From NCBI GenBank assembly GCA_951406725.2, contig OX597820.1, positions 23,250,001 to 23,314,000 on the forward strand: a stretch of DNA of 64,000 bases, written 5' to 3'. The position numbers and the translations under genes are program-made. Below, in pieces: positions 1 to 11,878 of this stretch; the stretch's first letter is position 1, and each line of letters starts with the position of its first letter. Source of the stretch: Octopus vulgaris. Its lineage: Eukaryota. The notes under the pieces are model-generated. The model saw nothing but the letters and a program-made list of their open reading frames with translations. It ran no database searches and was not told where the DNA came from.

Positions 1-838
1 TTTTGATTTGTTTTTAGTGTTTATTTTAAATATTAAAAATGTCTTAAGATGAATCATAGTCCAGAACAGGTATTAAAGCACTCACACTCAATATATTTAA
101 TGTCAAATAAGTGACGTCCATCATTTCCAATCTTCTATGAAAACATGTCTGCTCATGGGAAAATATTACCTTACTTAAAAACGGGTAATGGTTGGTGACA
201 GAAAGAGCATCCAGCTGTAGAAAACCTGCTTCAGCTAATTCCATTTGATCCATGCAAGCATGGAAAGGGGACATTAAAACGATGATGAGATAGTCGAGCC
301 AATAAGGAAGTCTCCAAAGTGGTTGCTTAGTCTGTTAGAAATAGCAGTCAAATTTCACTCCCATTTAACAAGAAAAGAAAAGGACACATTTGATAAAGTT
401 GAGTCAGATACATTTTATCTGAGAAGAAAGACAGACAGGTTACAGCTGAAGCATATTTGGTCATTGGTTTTCTCAATCAGGGATGATGTGAGCCAAAACA
501 ACAATAATGTCTTAAATGTTTTAATATTTCAGTTAATTATTTTAAGGACGTCTGAAATCATTTTCAGTGAGGCTTCCTCACAGTTTTCACTTTCTAAACT
601 AGAATGGATAGCAATACATCCAAAATGTTATCTTGCAATAAAAATGCTCAGAAATGGAGAAGGATCTCTTCCCATCTCTTTCTCTTTGTACTTATTAAAT
701 CATACAAGCGGTGTGCCCTGGTGACCAGTTATTATAAGGGAGGCAGTTACTCCTAGATAAATCAAACCAGAATTAGAATTTTGAATTCTAAATCAAGAAA
801 CCTGGAAGAAGATGCATTGCTGTATGATGGTAACTCAT

Positions 839-1075
839 GGCGGCAAACTGGCAGAAATGTTAGCACACCGGGTGAAATACTTAGCAGTATTTCGTCTGCC
901 ATTACGTTCTGAGTTCAAATTCCGCCGAGGTCGACTTTGCCTTTCATCCTTTCGGGGTCGATTAAATAAGTACCAGTTACGCACTGGGGTCGATGTAATC
1001 GACTTAATCTCCTTGTCTGTCCTTGTTTGTTCCCTGTATGTTTAGCCCCTTGTGGGCAATAAAGAAATAAGAAAT
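839..1075 (+). mobile_element. tRNA-derived SINE family A (ggcggcgagctggcagaa...aaagaaata)
   Basis: Box A/B-like head and central gcctttcatcctttcggggtcga motif. More than 15 copies, e.g. + near 12506, 12733, 13587, 24917, 27970, 31117, 48115, 56767 and - near 7640-8350. Confidence 0.85.
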
Positions 1076-2332
1076 AAGAAGATCATAAAATTTTAAAATT
1101 GTAGGTGTAATACTTTGCTTTTTCTTTTCTTTTTTCCCATTTTTTTGTTTTTGTTGTTGTTTGTATTGTGTCTGCTAGATTATAATTCTGGACCCGTAAC
1201 AAAAACAGTTGATTACAGTGTTTCCGGAGCATGGCAGAGAATAAATTAATAACTGTTAATTGAATGTGTGTTTGTATCCATATTAGCCTGGCTTCTGTCC
1301 TTTGAACTGTCCAGCGTTGGAGGCCCTACCAAGAGCTTGCCCTCTGCTGGCATAGGTCACAGGGTCATTGAAGCACTCATGCCCCCACACTGCAATGAGG
1401 ACTGGACCTTGATGTAGAACATGGGGTTTTAACCATAAACAATCTTCATAACAAAATTGATGACTGTCCTTATCTGAAGGCATAACTATCATTCCCATCC
1501 CTAATCATCAATTTTACACTCTAGTTTTCACTTGTAAAACTCTCTAAATTGGCCATGCCAGGCATGACCTTAACAGAGGATGCTATCAACCAAAACGTGA
1601 TGCCATATGACCTAGTGGTTAGGGTATTACATTCATGATTGTAAGATTATAGTTTTGATTCTTGAGCCAGTCAGTGCATTGTGTTCTTGAGCAAAATGCT
1701 TTATTTCATGTTACTCCAGTCCACTCAGTTGTAAATAAGTTTCAACAATAACTGGGAAGTTAACCTTGTGATGGACCAGTGTCCTGTACAGGAGGGAGTG
1801 TTTTAATCTCAATCGTATATACATTTTTGGAAACTTTATCATTTAAACCGGCCATATCCGGCCAAAAGTATTCTGCCTGTTTTATGTTCAAACTGGCCAG
1901 ATCTGGTCTCTCACACCAGCCCTACAATGTCGTTTTAAAAATTAACAGCTACCTCATCAAAATCTCATAGCTACAAGATTAATGCATGATTAGTTCAAAA
2001 CAATGTGGGTAAAAAAGCATTAATTTTGGCAGAAAAATGCGAACACTAAAGGGTTAAGCTCCAGTCTTAGGAGTCCTAAGGCTCGTCACAACAGACAGCT
2101 ATGAACCAAACTGATATTGATGTTTCCAGGACATCAGTTGCTGTTAGTGTTACCCATCCTGTTTACAGTATCTCAACAGGAGGGTTTGAGCCTTGCACTA
2201 CATAATGAAACACTTGTTTCTTCTGTAGTATCCCTACTGGTTACATTAGCCAGCCATGCATAGCTAAGTGGACTGAACAATGATCTATCTCTCCTGATGA
2301 CATTTGACTCACAGTGGTACAGTCCATTTAAA

Positions 2333-2560
2333 GGCAGTGAGCTGGCAGAATCGTTAGCACGCCGGGCGAAATGCTTAGCGGTATTTCGTCTGCCGCTGTT
2401 CTGAGTTCAAATTCTGCTGAGGTCGACTTTGCCTTTTATCCTTTCGGAGTCGATTAAATAAGTACCAGTTACGCACTGGGGTCAATATAATCAACTTAAT
2501 CAGTTTGTCTGTCCTTGTTTGGTCCTCTCTGTTTAGTCCCTTGTGGGTAGTAAAGAAATA
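2333..2560 (+). mobile_element. SINE family A copy
   Basis: Full length; diverged TSD ggtacagtccattta (2316-2330) / ggtgcagtccaccta (2561-2575). Confidence 0.85.
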
Positions 2561-3134
2561 GGTGCAGTCCACCTAATTATGAATGGTTACTTTTGTGAGC
2601 TAAATTTCTCTTGTGTATGTTATATAGCAACTATTGAAGCTATGTATTGTTTGGCAAATGTTTCATTCACTTACAGCCATCATCATATGTCCATTTTCCA
2701 TGTTGTTATGGGTTGGACAGTCCATCACAATTTGATTTAGTTCTTGTTTGGAGACCTCTTAGATAGGTCAAAGAACCAAACCTCACTTGGATGTCTCAGT
2801 TTTAGTACTGTTTCTATGACTGAATGCCCTTCCTAACACCAACCACTTTACAGAGGGTACTGGGTGCCTTTCATTACAGCACCAGCATCAGAGAAGTAGC
2901 CATTCTCTTGAACCTACAGTCTTGAGGTCAAATTTTTTCATGAACAAAACTTACAATAGATTAGTGTATTATCTAGTCTAGAGTTGAGCTGCCATAATGC
3001 TCACCACATCATAATACTTTCTCATAACTACAGTAAATGGAAAATAAAGTGTCCACACTAAACGATGAGGATTTACTTCTTTGTTATTGCTACCATTATT
3101 ATTAATATTGTTATTTTTATTGTCTGTGTTATAG

Positions 3135-3243
3135 GAGTATCCTTTTTTCACCATGAAAACCTTTCCTCCTGCATTCATTGTTCACTTAGGAGGTGTTGTG
3201 TCAGCAAAATCTGTTAAATTGCTGGATAAAATTCATAATCCTG
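3135..3243 (+). CDS. C2CD5: C2CD5 exon a (EYPFFTMKTFPPAFIVHLGGVVSAKSVKLLDKIHNP)
   Basis: tag|GAG acceptor, G|gtaag donor, 109 nt, ends phase 1. Confidence 0.93.
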
Positions 3244-4086
3244 GTAAGTTTCAAATGGTTTTGGTTTAGTTCATTTTTTTTTTAATCTCTAAATATAAGA
3301 TAAAATGAACATATACATACACACACACATGTATATTTTGTTTTGCTTTTGCTAAATGTCTAAAACTCAAAATGATTCATTAGTACAACGGATTCTAGGA
3401 CAGCCAATGTTTTGATTGACATTGTTGTGTCTCACACCTCCCAGAGGCATCCCAGACTGATGAAACCAACAAGAATTCGAAGCTCTTGTTCATAACTTCT
3501 GCAAATAAACAGTTTCCTGATTCATGCTGATATTTACCAACCAATAATAAATCCTCTTTTGCATGGTGAACAGCAAGAATGGAAACAATAACTTGCATTT
3601 TTATTTTTAATAAATTCTGGCATGTTCAAGTGTGAGGACACTAATTGCCATTGTGTTCATAATGCTAATGGGTCGAGTGTGTTTTGATCACACATTTGTT
3701 ACAAAGTACTTATTCTTTTATGACGAAACACAACAGTGATTAGCATATTCACAGTTGAATTTGCCAGAGCATATTAAGAATAAATATGTAGGCACGTAAA
3801 AAACACCATTTGAGCGTGGCCATTCCCAGTACCGCCTGACTGGTCCTCGTGCCGGTGGTACGTAAAAGCACCCACTACACTCTCGAAGTGGTTGGCGTTA
3901 GGAAGGGTGTCCAGCTGTAGAAACTTTGCCAGATCAAGATTGGAGCCTGATGCAGCCATCTGGTTTGCTAGTCCTCAGTCAAATTGTCCAACCCTTGCTA
4001 GCGTGGAAAGCAGACGTTAAACAATGATGATGATGATCATCATCATCATCATTTTGATCTTGCACATGACAATTTATTACCAATTA

Positions 4087-4314
4087 AAGGCGGCAAGCTG
4101 ACAGAATCATTAGCATGCCGGGCAAAATACTTAGCAGCATTTAATTTGCCGTTACAGTCTGAGTTCAAATTCTGCTGAGGTCAGCTTTGCCTTTCATCCT
4201 TTTGGGGTTGATTAAATAAGTACCAGATGTGCACTGGGATTGATGTAATCGATTTAATCTGTTTGTCTGTCTTGTTTGTCCCCTCTACATTTAGCCCCCT
4301 GTGGGCAATAAAGA
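4087..4314 (+). mobile_element. SINE family A copy
   Basis: Perfect 16-bp TSD aatttattaccaatta at 4071-4086 and 4315-4330. Confidence 0.88.
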
Positions 4315-4421
4315 AATTTATTACCAATTAGCAGTTATCAGCATGAATCAACAAATAATTTGCTTGCCGAAATTATAAACAAGAGCCACAAATTCTTGTT
4401 AAATTCATTAGTCCAGGATGC

Positions 4422-4469
4422 CTTTAGCTGATGAGACACCACAATGTTGAAACACTGAGTGTCCCAGAG
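4422..4469 (+). ncRNA. Type I hammerhead-ribozyme-like motif
   Basis: ctttag-CTGATGA-gaca/tgtt stem II-GAAA-cac/gtg stem III-GTC-ccagag; stem I has one mismatch. Confidence 0.6.
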
Positions 4470-4912
4470 TCCACTTATGCTAAGGAATCAAATGTTATGA
4501 ACACATTCATTATAAAGAAGTTGTTCTCCTGTGATGAAACAGCAGTGATTAGTATATTAACATTTGAATCTGTTGGATTGTATTAAGAATAAATATGAAA
4601 GTCATTATTTTGGTTCTTGCTCTTCACTGAACAGGTGATGATCTTTTAAGAATTATCTATTATAATGTTATTGTCCACTAAGAACTCAGGTATTTCATCA
4701 ATTGTCTATTGAAGTAAGCAATGTGTTTGCTTTGTCTCGGAGCATGTATACCAAAGTTTTAATTCATCTTGATGTTTAGCAAGCTTCTTAATGCACCTAC
4801 GTCTGTGACTATATAATAATTTATGTAACAATAAATATTAGGTTAACAGTAAAAAGTGTTCTTTTGCATGTTTTATATTATTTTCCTTTTTATTTTTTCC
4901 ACCCACTTTCAG

Positions 4913-5027
4913 ATGAACCCGAGACGAGAGATGCTTGGTGGATTGAAATCCGTACCGAGATCCGTTCTCATTGTCGTTCAATGGGATGTCATGCTGTGAT
5001 AGGTTACAGTGAAATGTCTTCCATATG
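4913..5027 (+). CDS. C2CD5: C2CD5 exon b (DEPETRDAWWIEIRTEIRSHCRSMGCHAVIGYSEMSSI)
   Basis: Pyrimidine tract + cag, TG|gtgag donor, 115 nt, phase 1-2. Confidence 0.95.
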
Positions 5028-5105
5028 GTGAGCTTCTTATAATTTGCATGTCTCTGCATTCTTTATCCTTCTCATATGTTCTCACTCTCCATATTTCCCT
5101 GCCTG

Positions 5106-5138
<33 letters not shown>

Positions 5139-5321
5139 TTGTAAATAGTAAGTGATTACTCCAAACATTTACCAGTTTGTTCTTGGTTAGGTATATATAA
5201 AAAGAATTAAAGGTAATGATATGCCACTTCATAATAATCCTTATTATAGTTCTATATTTATGAGGAATTATGTACATTATTTACTTTTGACAGATATTTG
5301 TCCTCATCTTGTTTGTTGTTA

Positions 5322-5676
5322 ACACAGCGTTTTGGCTGATATACCCTCCAGCCTTCATCAGGTGTCTTGGGGAAATTTTGAACCTGGATTCTCATTCCTA
5401 AAGTATTTTTTGATGTTGTTCACTGCTTGGAATCGAACTCAGAATCTTAGGGTTAGTAGCCCGTGCTCTTAATCACTATGCTATATGCCTAGGCATATAG
5501 CATAGTGGTTAAGAGCACGGGCTACTAACCCCAAGATTCTGAGTTCGATTCCAAGCAGTGACCTGAATAATAATAATAATAATAACAACAACATCAAATG
5601 AGGAATGAGAACCCAGGTTCAAAACTTCCCCAAGACACCTGATGAAGGCTGAGGGATATATCAGCCAAAATGTTGT
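5322..5676. mobile_element. Head-to-head palindrome of a tRNA-headed element ending in a decayed hammerhead motif
   Basis: Axis at 5490/5491 (tatgcct|aggcata). Box A TAGCATAGTGG 5498-5508, box B GAGTTCGATTCC 5541-5552, CTGATGAaggctg...cagccAAAA 5639-5670, all mirrored on the left arm. Confidence 0.75.
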
Positions 5677-6372
5677 TTCCACTGATATAGATACACACAC
5701 ACACTCACACACATACACATTCTTTGTCTCTCATATTTCTTTCTATTTTTTTCTTATTTACCTGTTTATGTAGACACATACCATTACATAATGTAACATG
5801 TATAACAATCAAGATTAAGCAGTTAATTAAATGGTTAATTAATCTAGGACTGATGAAATCATAAGGTAGAGCTGTTGAGGGAGAACCATAAGTATGTTTT
5901 TTACATCTATGGTTGTACTCAGATTTAATTTTATATTATAAAATTAAGACTAACTTTGTATTGTTGGTGGATACCAAGTTACATATTTTGGAGAAAACTG
6001 TTTTAATTGATTTTACTATTCCATTCTTCAATTGACATTTTATTTCCTTTTTATCTGTCTGTGTGTGCATGTATGTGTGTATGTACATATATATACATGC
6101 ACACACACACCCACACACGCATGTTTTGTGTGTGTGTGTAAAATAACTTTTTAAAGAAATTGTATTCATCTTTTTTTGTTTGGTTTTTGAATTTATTAGG
6201 TTTCCCTTCTTCAAGTGACAAATTATTTTATTTATTTTTAATTCATTCAGTTTTTTGGCTTTTTTTTTTTTACATTACACCAAGTTCCTTTACTTTTCCA
6301 TTAAAAAATTTTTTTTTCTTTTATTTATCACTTTCATTTTTTTTTTCCTTCTCCTCCTTCTTTTCATTTCAG

Positions 6373-6558
6373 TGATGAAGTAATTATTCTGTCAGCTATT
6401 GGCACAGCTGCTGTCATCAGCAGCAACATGGATGTACTGCTGCCTGTTGTCACACAGAAAGATACTGCTCCACTCTATCAGTCCACTGATAAGGTACCAG
6501 TGGAGAAGGAGAAGCTTTATGTTGACGTGAACTTGGCAAATCAAATGTCACAGAATAG
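6373..6558 (+). CDS. C2CD5: C2CD5 exon c (CDEVIILSAIGTAAVISS...ANQMSQN)
   Basis: ttcag acceptor, AG|gtaag donor, 186 nt, phase 2-2. Confidence 0.9.
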
Positions 6559-7037
6559 GTAAGGCTTCCTCACTCCCACACACACTCGCATTACAACTTA
6601 TTTATCTATTTTTGCTAATTACTCTATCATTTGTGCCAAGTTGCCTACGTTAGAGTGGCGTACTCTCTTTTACTCTTTTACTTGTTTCAGTCATTTGACT
6701 GTGGCCATGCTGGAGCACCGCCTTTAGTCGAGCAAATCGACTCCAGGACTTATTCTTTGTAAGCCTAGTACTTATTCTTTCGGTTTCTTTTGCCAGACCG
6801 CTAAGTTACGGGGACATAAACACACCAGCATCGGTTGTCAAGCGATGTTGGGGGGACAAACACAGGCACACAAACACACACACACACACATGACAGGCTT
6901 CTTTCAGTTTCTGTCTACCAAATCCACTCACAAATCTTTTGTCGGCCCGAGGCTATAGTACAAGACACTTGCCCAAGATGCCACACAGTGGGACTGAACC
7001 CGGAACCATGTGGTGTATTGTAATAATAATAATAATG

Positions 7038-7610
7038 ATTTCATTTATTTGCCAGAAGGCAAAGGATGAGGGGGCAATACAAAGACAGACATAAAGTGTG
7101 GGAGTTTACATATAATGAAATTATTAAAAAAAAAAAAAGGGACAGAGAAAGACATTAAGTAGACATGGTATACCCTGAAAAAGGGACATATGCATAGCAT
7201 ACAATGGTTAAAAAAAAAATGGTGGAGGAGGATGATAGAGATATGGCCCTCCTGATACCGAAATGCTTCTTGGGATAATCGAGGAACCCCACTGTCTGAG
7301 ATTTCCCTGAAACCTTAAGAGCAAGTACCTTCTCCAATTCCTTCTCCCCGACTCACAGGTCTACCAGCCACTCTTGCCATTTTCACAACTTTCACCCCAC
7401 CTTTTAGTAAACTCACTCAAGGACAGCACTTTGCTCTCCACTCTTGACTTCCTTTCCAAGTGAAACTTGAAGAAGTCAATGAGGCCTCTACCAAGGAGGA
7501 ATGTATCTGTCCTCATGCCTTTCAGCCTTGTTCACCAAACAACCTCTTTCGCCACAGCCATCAAGCAAAGGAAAACTGCTTTGCCTGCCTGATTGAAAGA
7601 GGGCGGCAGT
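7038..7610 (-). mobile_element. Tx1/L1-like LINE 3' remnant
   Basis: LIDFFKFHLERKSRVESKVLSLSEFTKRW on - strand, followed by a pyrimidine-rich UTR and aataaa. Confidence 0.45.
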
Positions 7611-8533
7611 GTGAGCATCACTACAAATAATAATAATAATAATCCTTTCTACTCTAGGCACAAGGCCTGAAATTTTGGTGGAGGGGACTAGTTGATTACG
7701 TTTAACCCCGTGTTTCACTGATATTTATTTTACTGACTCCGAAAGGATGAAAGGCAAAGTCATCCTTGACAGAATTTGAACTCAGAACATAGCGACAGGC
7801 AAAATACCGCTAAGCATTTCATCCAGCGTGCTAACAATTCTGCCAGCTCACCACCCATATGATAATAATAATAATAATAATGATAATAATGATGATGGCT
7901 CCATATTTTGGCACAAAGCCAGCAATTTTTGTAGAGGATGTAAGTCGATTACACAGACCTCTGTCCTAAAATGGTACTTATTTTATTGAAAAGGTTGAAA
8001 AACCAATTTAATCTCGGCAGAATTTGAATTCAGAATGTAAAAACAGACAGAATGCCATTAAGCATTTTACTTACTGTGCTAATGATTCTGCCAGCTCACT
8101 GCCTTAATAATAATATTAATAATAATAATAATAATAATAATCGTTTCTACTATAGGCTCAAGGCCTGACATTTTGGGAGAGGGTTTGAGTCGATTACATT
8201 GACTCCAGTACCCAACTGTTACTTATTTTATTGATCCCAAAAGGATGAAAAGCAAAGTCAACGTCAGCAGCATTTAGACTTAGAAGATAAGGGTGGATGA
8301 AATGCCGCTAAGCATTTTGCCCAGCATTTTAACGATTCTGCCAACTCACCTTGACAGGTTTAGTATAGTTTTCATCTACCAAACTCTTTCACAAGGCATT
8401 AGTTGGCCTGGAGTGGTGGAAGAAGACTTGTGACCAAGGTGCAGCACAGTGGGATTGATCCTGAAACCATGTTGTTGGGAAGCCAACTTCTTAACCACAC
8501 AGCCATGTCTGTACCATTTGTCAAATTATTTTC

Positions 8534-8606
8534 CATAGCATAGCTCAGTCGGTAGAGCATCAGACTTTTAATCTGAGGGTCGTGGGTTCATGTCCCTCTG
8601 CGGGCT
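8534..8606 (+). pseudogene. tRNA-Lys(UUU) pseudogene
   Basis: TAGCTCAGTCGGTAGAGCATCAGACTTTTAATCTGAGGGTC matches the eukaryotic Lys-TTT body, anticodon at 8567-8569. The 5' acceptor strand catagca fails to pair with tgcgggc at positions 1, 2 and 4. T-stem has a mismatch and the T-loop reads TTCATGT. T5 at 8611-8615. Confidence 0.8.
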
Positions 8607-8619
8607 ACAATTTTTCTTA

Positions 8620-9010
8620 TAGGCATAGGAGTGGCTGTGTGGTAAGTAGCTTGCTTACCAACCACATGGTTCCAGGTTCAGTCCCACTGCATGACACCTT
8701 GGGCAAGTGTCTTCTACTATAGTCTCAGGCCGACCAAAGCCTTGTGAGTGGATTTGGTAGACAGAAACTGAAAGAAGCCCGTCATATGTGTGTGTGTGTG
8801 TATATGTTTGTGTGTCTGTGTTTGTCCCCCCAACATCGCTTGACAACTAATGCTGGTGTGTTTATGACCCCGTAACTTAGCGGTTTGGCAAAAGAGACCA
8901 ATAGAATAAATACTAGGCTTACACAGAGTAAGTCCTAGGGTCGATTTGCTCAACTAAAGGCGGTGCTCCAGCATGGCCACAGTCAAATGACTGAAACAAG
9001 TAAAAGAGTA
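8620..9010 (+). mobile_element. tRNA-derived SINE family B with CORE-like ccttgggcaagt motif and internal (TG)n
   Basis: ggagtggctgtgtggtaag...ggttcagtccc head, gtaaaagagt tail. Other copies: 6662-7015(-), 9035-9408(-), 19192-19545, 22880-23660 (interrupted), 26772-27130, 38447-38838(-), 41640-42240(-), 55540-55925. Confidence 0.85.
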
Positions 9011-9561
9011 ACCCAAATTTATAATCTTGTATCTTTTATCTTTTACTTGATTCAGTCATTAGTCTATGGCCACACTGGAGCATTACCTTGTAGAATTTTT
9101 AGTTGAATGAATCAACTCCAGTAATTTTTTTCTTTTTTTTTAAGCCTGGTACTTATTCTGTCAGTCTAGGACATAAACACACAAACACTGGTTGTCAAGC
9201 TGGGGCTGGGGATAAACACTGGCACACACACACACACACATATATATATGACAGACTTCTTTCAGTGTTTGTCTACTGAATCCACTCACAGGCTTTGGTC
9301 AGCCTGAGGCTATAATAGAAGACACTTGCCCAAGGTGCCGCACAGTAGAACTGAACCTGGAACCATGTAGTTGGAAAGCAAGCTTCTTACCACACAGCCA
9401 TGCCTGCGACTGTGACAAAATTATTTTACTAAATCCTATAAAATTCTTGACTATTATCAAACCTAATTTCTAATATGGCCATGAAAGGGTTAAAGAAGTC
9501 ACTGATTTCATAAGAACAATTCCTTATTTATTTTTGTTTCTTTTTTTTCTTTACTTTCCAG

Positions 9562-9666
9562 TATTGAAGAGGGTTTCACACCTGCAAACTGTGTACTTTG
9601 TCACATTCCCTACAAAACTGCCTCTATGCCATTTAAGGTAACACTGGATACCTGCACTGTATGTCA
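9562..9666 (+). CDS. C2CD5: C2CD5 exon d (IEEGFTPANCVLCHIPYKTASMPFKVTLDTCTVC)
   Basis: ccag acceptor, CA|gtaag donor, 105 nt, phase 2-2; CxxCHIPY motif. Confidence 0.92.
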
Positions 9667-10527
9667 GTAAGTATATTGTTTAAGTATATATGTTTTAAGA
9701 TAGCAGTGAACTTTTGACTTCTTCTAACCAAAGAGTTTTTTTTTTTTAACCTATTACTTACACACTATTATCTTCAGCTTTATTTACTTTGAGCTTTTCT
9801 TTCAAAAACGATTAATTTTATCAAAATGATACATTCCCTAACTTTTAAATTCTCACATGTACCACCCACTTTTCAAATTCATCATCATCATACATCCATC
9901 TTTCATTCTGGCATGGGTTGAGGGATTTGACTGGAGCTGGCAAGCCAAAGGACTGTCCCAAGCTCCACTGCTTGTTTTGGCATAGTTTTTATAGCTGGAT
10001 GCCTTTCATAAGGTCAACCATTTTACAGAGTATTCTGGGTGCTTTTTAAGTGGCACCAGATAAATGAAATTAAAGTCGCCTTACTGGCACTTGTGCTGGT
10101 GGCATGTGAAAAAACATTTGAGCGATGTCGTTGCCAGTGCCACTGGACTGGCTCCTGTGCAGGTGGCACATAAATGCGCTATTTGAGTGTGGCCGTTGCC
10201 AGTACCGCCTGACTGGCCTTCGTGCCTGTGGCACATAAAAGCACCCACTACACTCTCAGAGTGGTTGGCGTTAGGAAGGGCATCCAGCTGTAGAAACTCT
10301 GCCAGATCAGATTGGACTCTGGTGCAGCCATCTGGATCGCCAGACCTCAGTCAAATCATCCAACCCATTCCAGTATGGAAAACGGACGTTAAACGATGAT
10401 GATGATAATGGTTGGCATGGGGAAAAAGACAGTTCCAAAAAATTGTATTTGGTTAAAATTATTTTCTAAAAAAATACGCTTCATCTCCGTTATTAATTTC
10501 TTGTTCGTTTGTTTGTTTGTTTTGCAG

Positions 10528-10617
10528 TAAACATCCAGTTCCAGATGTGCTTTTTACTACAATCAACCCCCCTGAAGAAATACAGACAATAGGAAAAGGA
10601 ACTCTTATACAAGCGCG
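10528..10617 (+). CDS. C2CD5: C2CD5 exon e (KHPVPDVLFTTINPPEEIQTIGKGTLIQAR)
   Basis: tgcag acceptor, CG|gtaag donor, 90 nt, phase 2-2; VPDVLFTTI motif. Confidence 0.93.
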
Positions 10618-11527
10618 GTAAGGATCTTGTAGAGGAATGAGATGACTGGACATCATCATCATCGTTTAACGTCTGCTTTCCATGTTAGCATGGGTTGGAC
10701 GATTTGACTGAGGGTTGGCAAACCAGATGGCTGCACCAGGCTCCAATCTTGATCTGGCATAGTTTCTACAGCTGGATGCCCTTCCTAATGCCAACCACTC
10801 CAAGAGTGTAGTGGGTGCTTTTACATGCCACCGGCACAGAGGCTAGTCAGGTGGCAACGAGGCTAGTCAGGTGGCAACAGAGGCTAGTCAGGTGGCAACG
10901 ACCTTGCTCGAATGTTTTTACACATGCCACTGGCACAAGTGCCAGTAAGGTGACGTTGGTAACAATCATGCTTGAATGGTGCCTTTTACGTGTCACCGGC
11001 ACGGAAGCCTGGACATGATGCTGACAATATGGCACAGTTGACTGGACATTCAACATGTTTTGGTGACAGTATATTTGGTGCTGGAGGCAAAGACACATGC
11101 ACACACACACACACACATGCACACAAACACACATGCAGATAGAAAGAGACACACACACATTACACATGCAAACATCACTAGCTTCCTGAAACATCTGCTT
11201 TTCCATGTTTGTGTGGACCAAACCGAATTTGTTGAGACAGATTTTCTATGGCGAGATGCCTTTCCTTTTGCCAACCCTGTTTCCAAGTAAGGTAATATTT
11301 CCTCATCACCAAACATTGTTCTCACAGATGATTGAAAATGAAGGAAACTGCTTGTATGACGATGACACTCACAACTACCATGTGATGTCAAAGTAAGGAG
11401 ATAGCGACATACAGATGTACACATATACATACACACGCACACACACACATATACATAAAAATTTATATTTGCATAATTATAAATCTTATCAAGAGTTCTG
11501 CTCATAATTAATCTTGGTTTATTGCAG

Positions 11528-11585
11528 GATATATCGTGCGAAAAAAGAAGGTAAAGGAGAAGCCTGTGCTAAAGAAATTAGTGAT
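11528..11585 (+). CDS. C2CD5: C2CD5 exon f (IYRAKKEGKGEACAKEISD)
   Basis: tgcag acceptor, GAT|gtaag donor, 58 nt, phase 2-0. Confidence 0.88.
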
Positions 11586-11633
11586 GTAAGCATTTCATAT
11601 TTGTTATTGTTGTTGCTTCAATGATATTTGTGG

Positions 11634-11810
11634 AGGCGCAATGGCCCAGTGTTTAGGACAGCGGACTCGCGGTCGGAGGATCGTGGTTTCGATTCCCAGA
11701 CTGGGCGTTGTGTGTGTTTCTTGAGCGAAAACACCTAAAAGCTCCATGAGGCTCCGGCAGGGGGTGGTGGTGACCCCTGTTGTACTCTTTCACCACTACT
11801 TTCTCTCACT
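11634..11810 (+). mobile_element. tRNA-derived SINE family E (5' part)
   Basis: ggcgcaatggcccagtg...ggactcgcggtc...gtttcgattccc head; related copies 39957-40158(-) and 61876-62152(+). Confidence 0.75.
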
Positions 11811-11878
11811 GGTACAGATGCTGGTGTTGATATATATATAATATATAATTTAAAATATGTTATTATTTTGATTGCCTC

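Larger units (their letters stand above)
3391..4620. repeat. Inverted plus direct partial repeats resembling Penelope pseudo-LTRs, interrupted by two SINE-like inserts
   Basis: 3391-3530 is a diverged reverse complement of 4336-4472; 3705-3788 is a diverged direct copy of 4517-4597; contains HHR motif 4422-4469. Confidence 0.55.

Noticed and set aside
1179-1249. Possible extra C2CD5 exon after a pyrimidine tract and tag
   Set aside because: No recognisable C2CD5 similarity, only a weak donor (ccc|gtaaca), and an in-frame stop if extended.
6835-7023. Recurrent small ORFs (DTCPRCHAVGLNPEPCGW; LSEWLALGRASSCRN) that look like a gene family
   Set aside because: They are translations of SINE families B and D.
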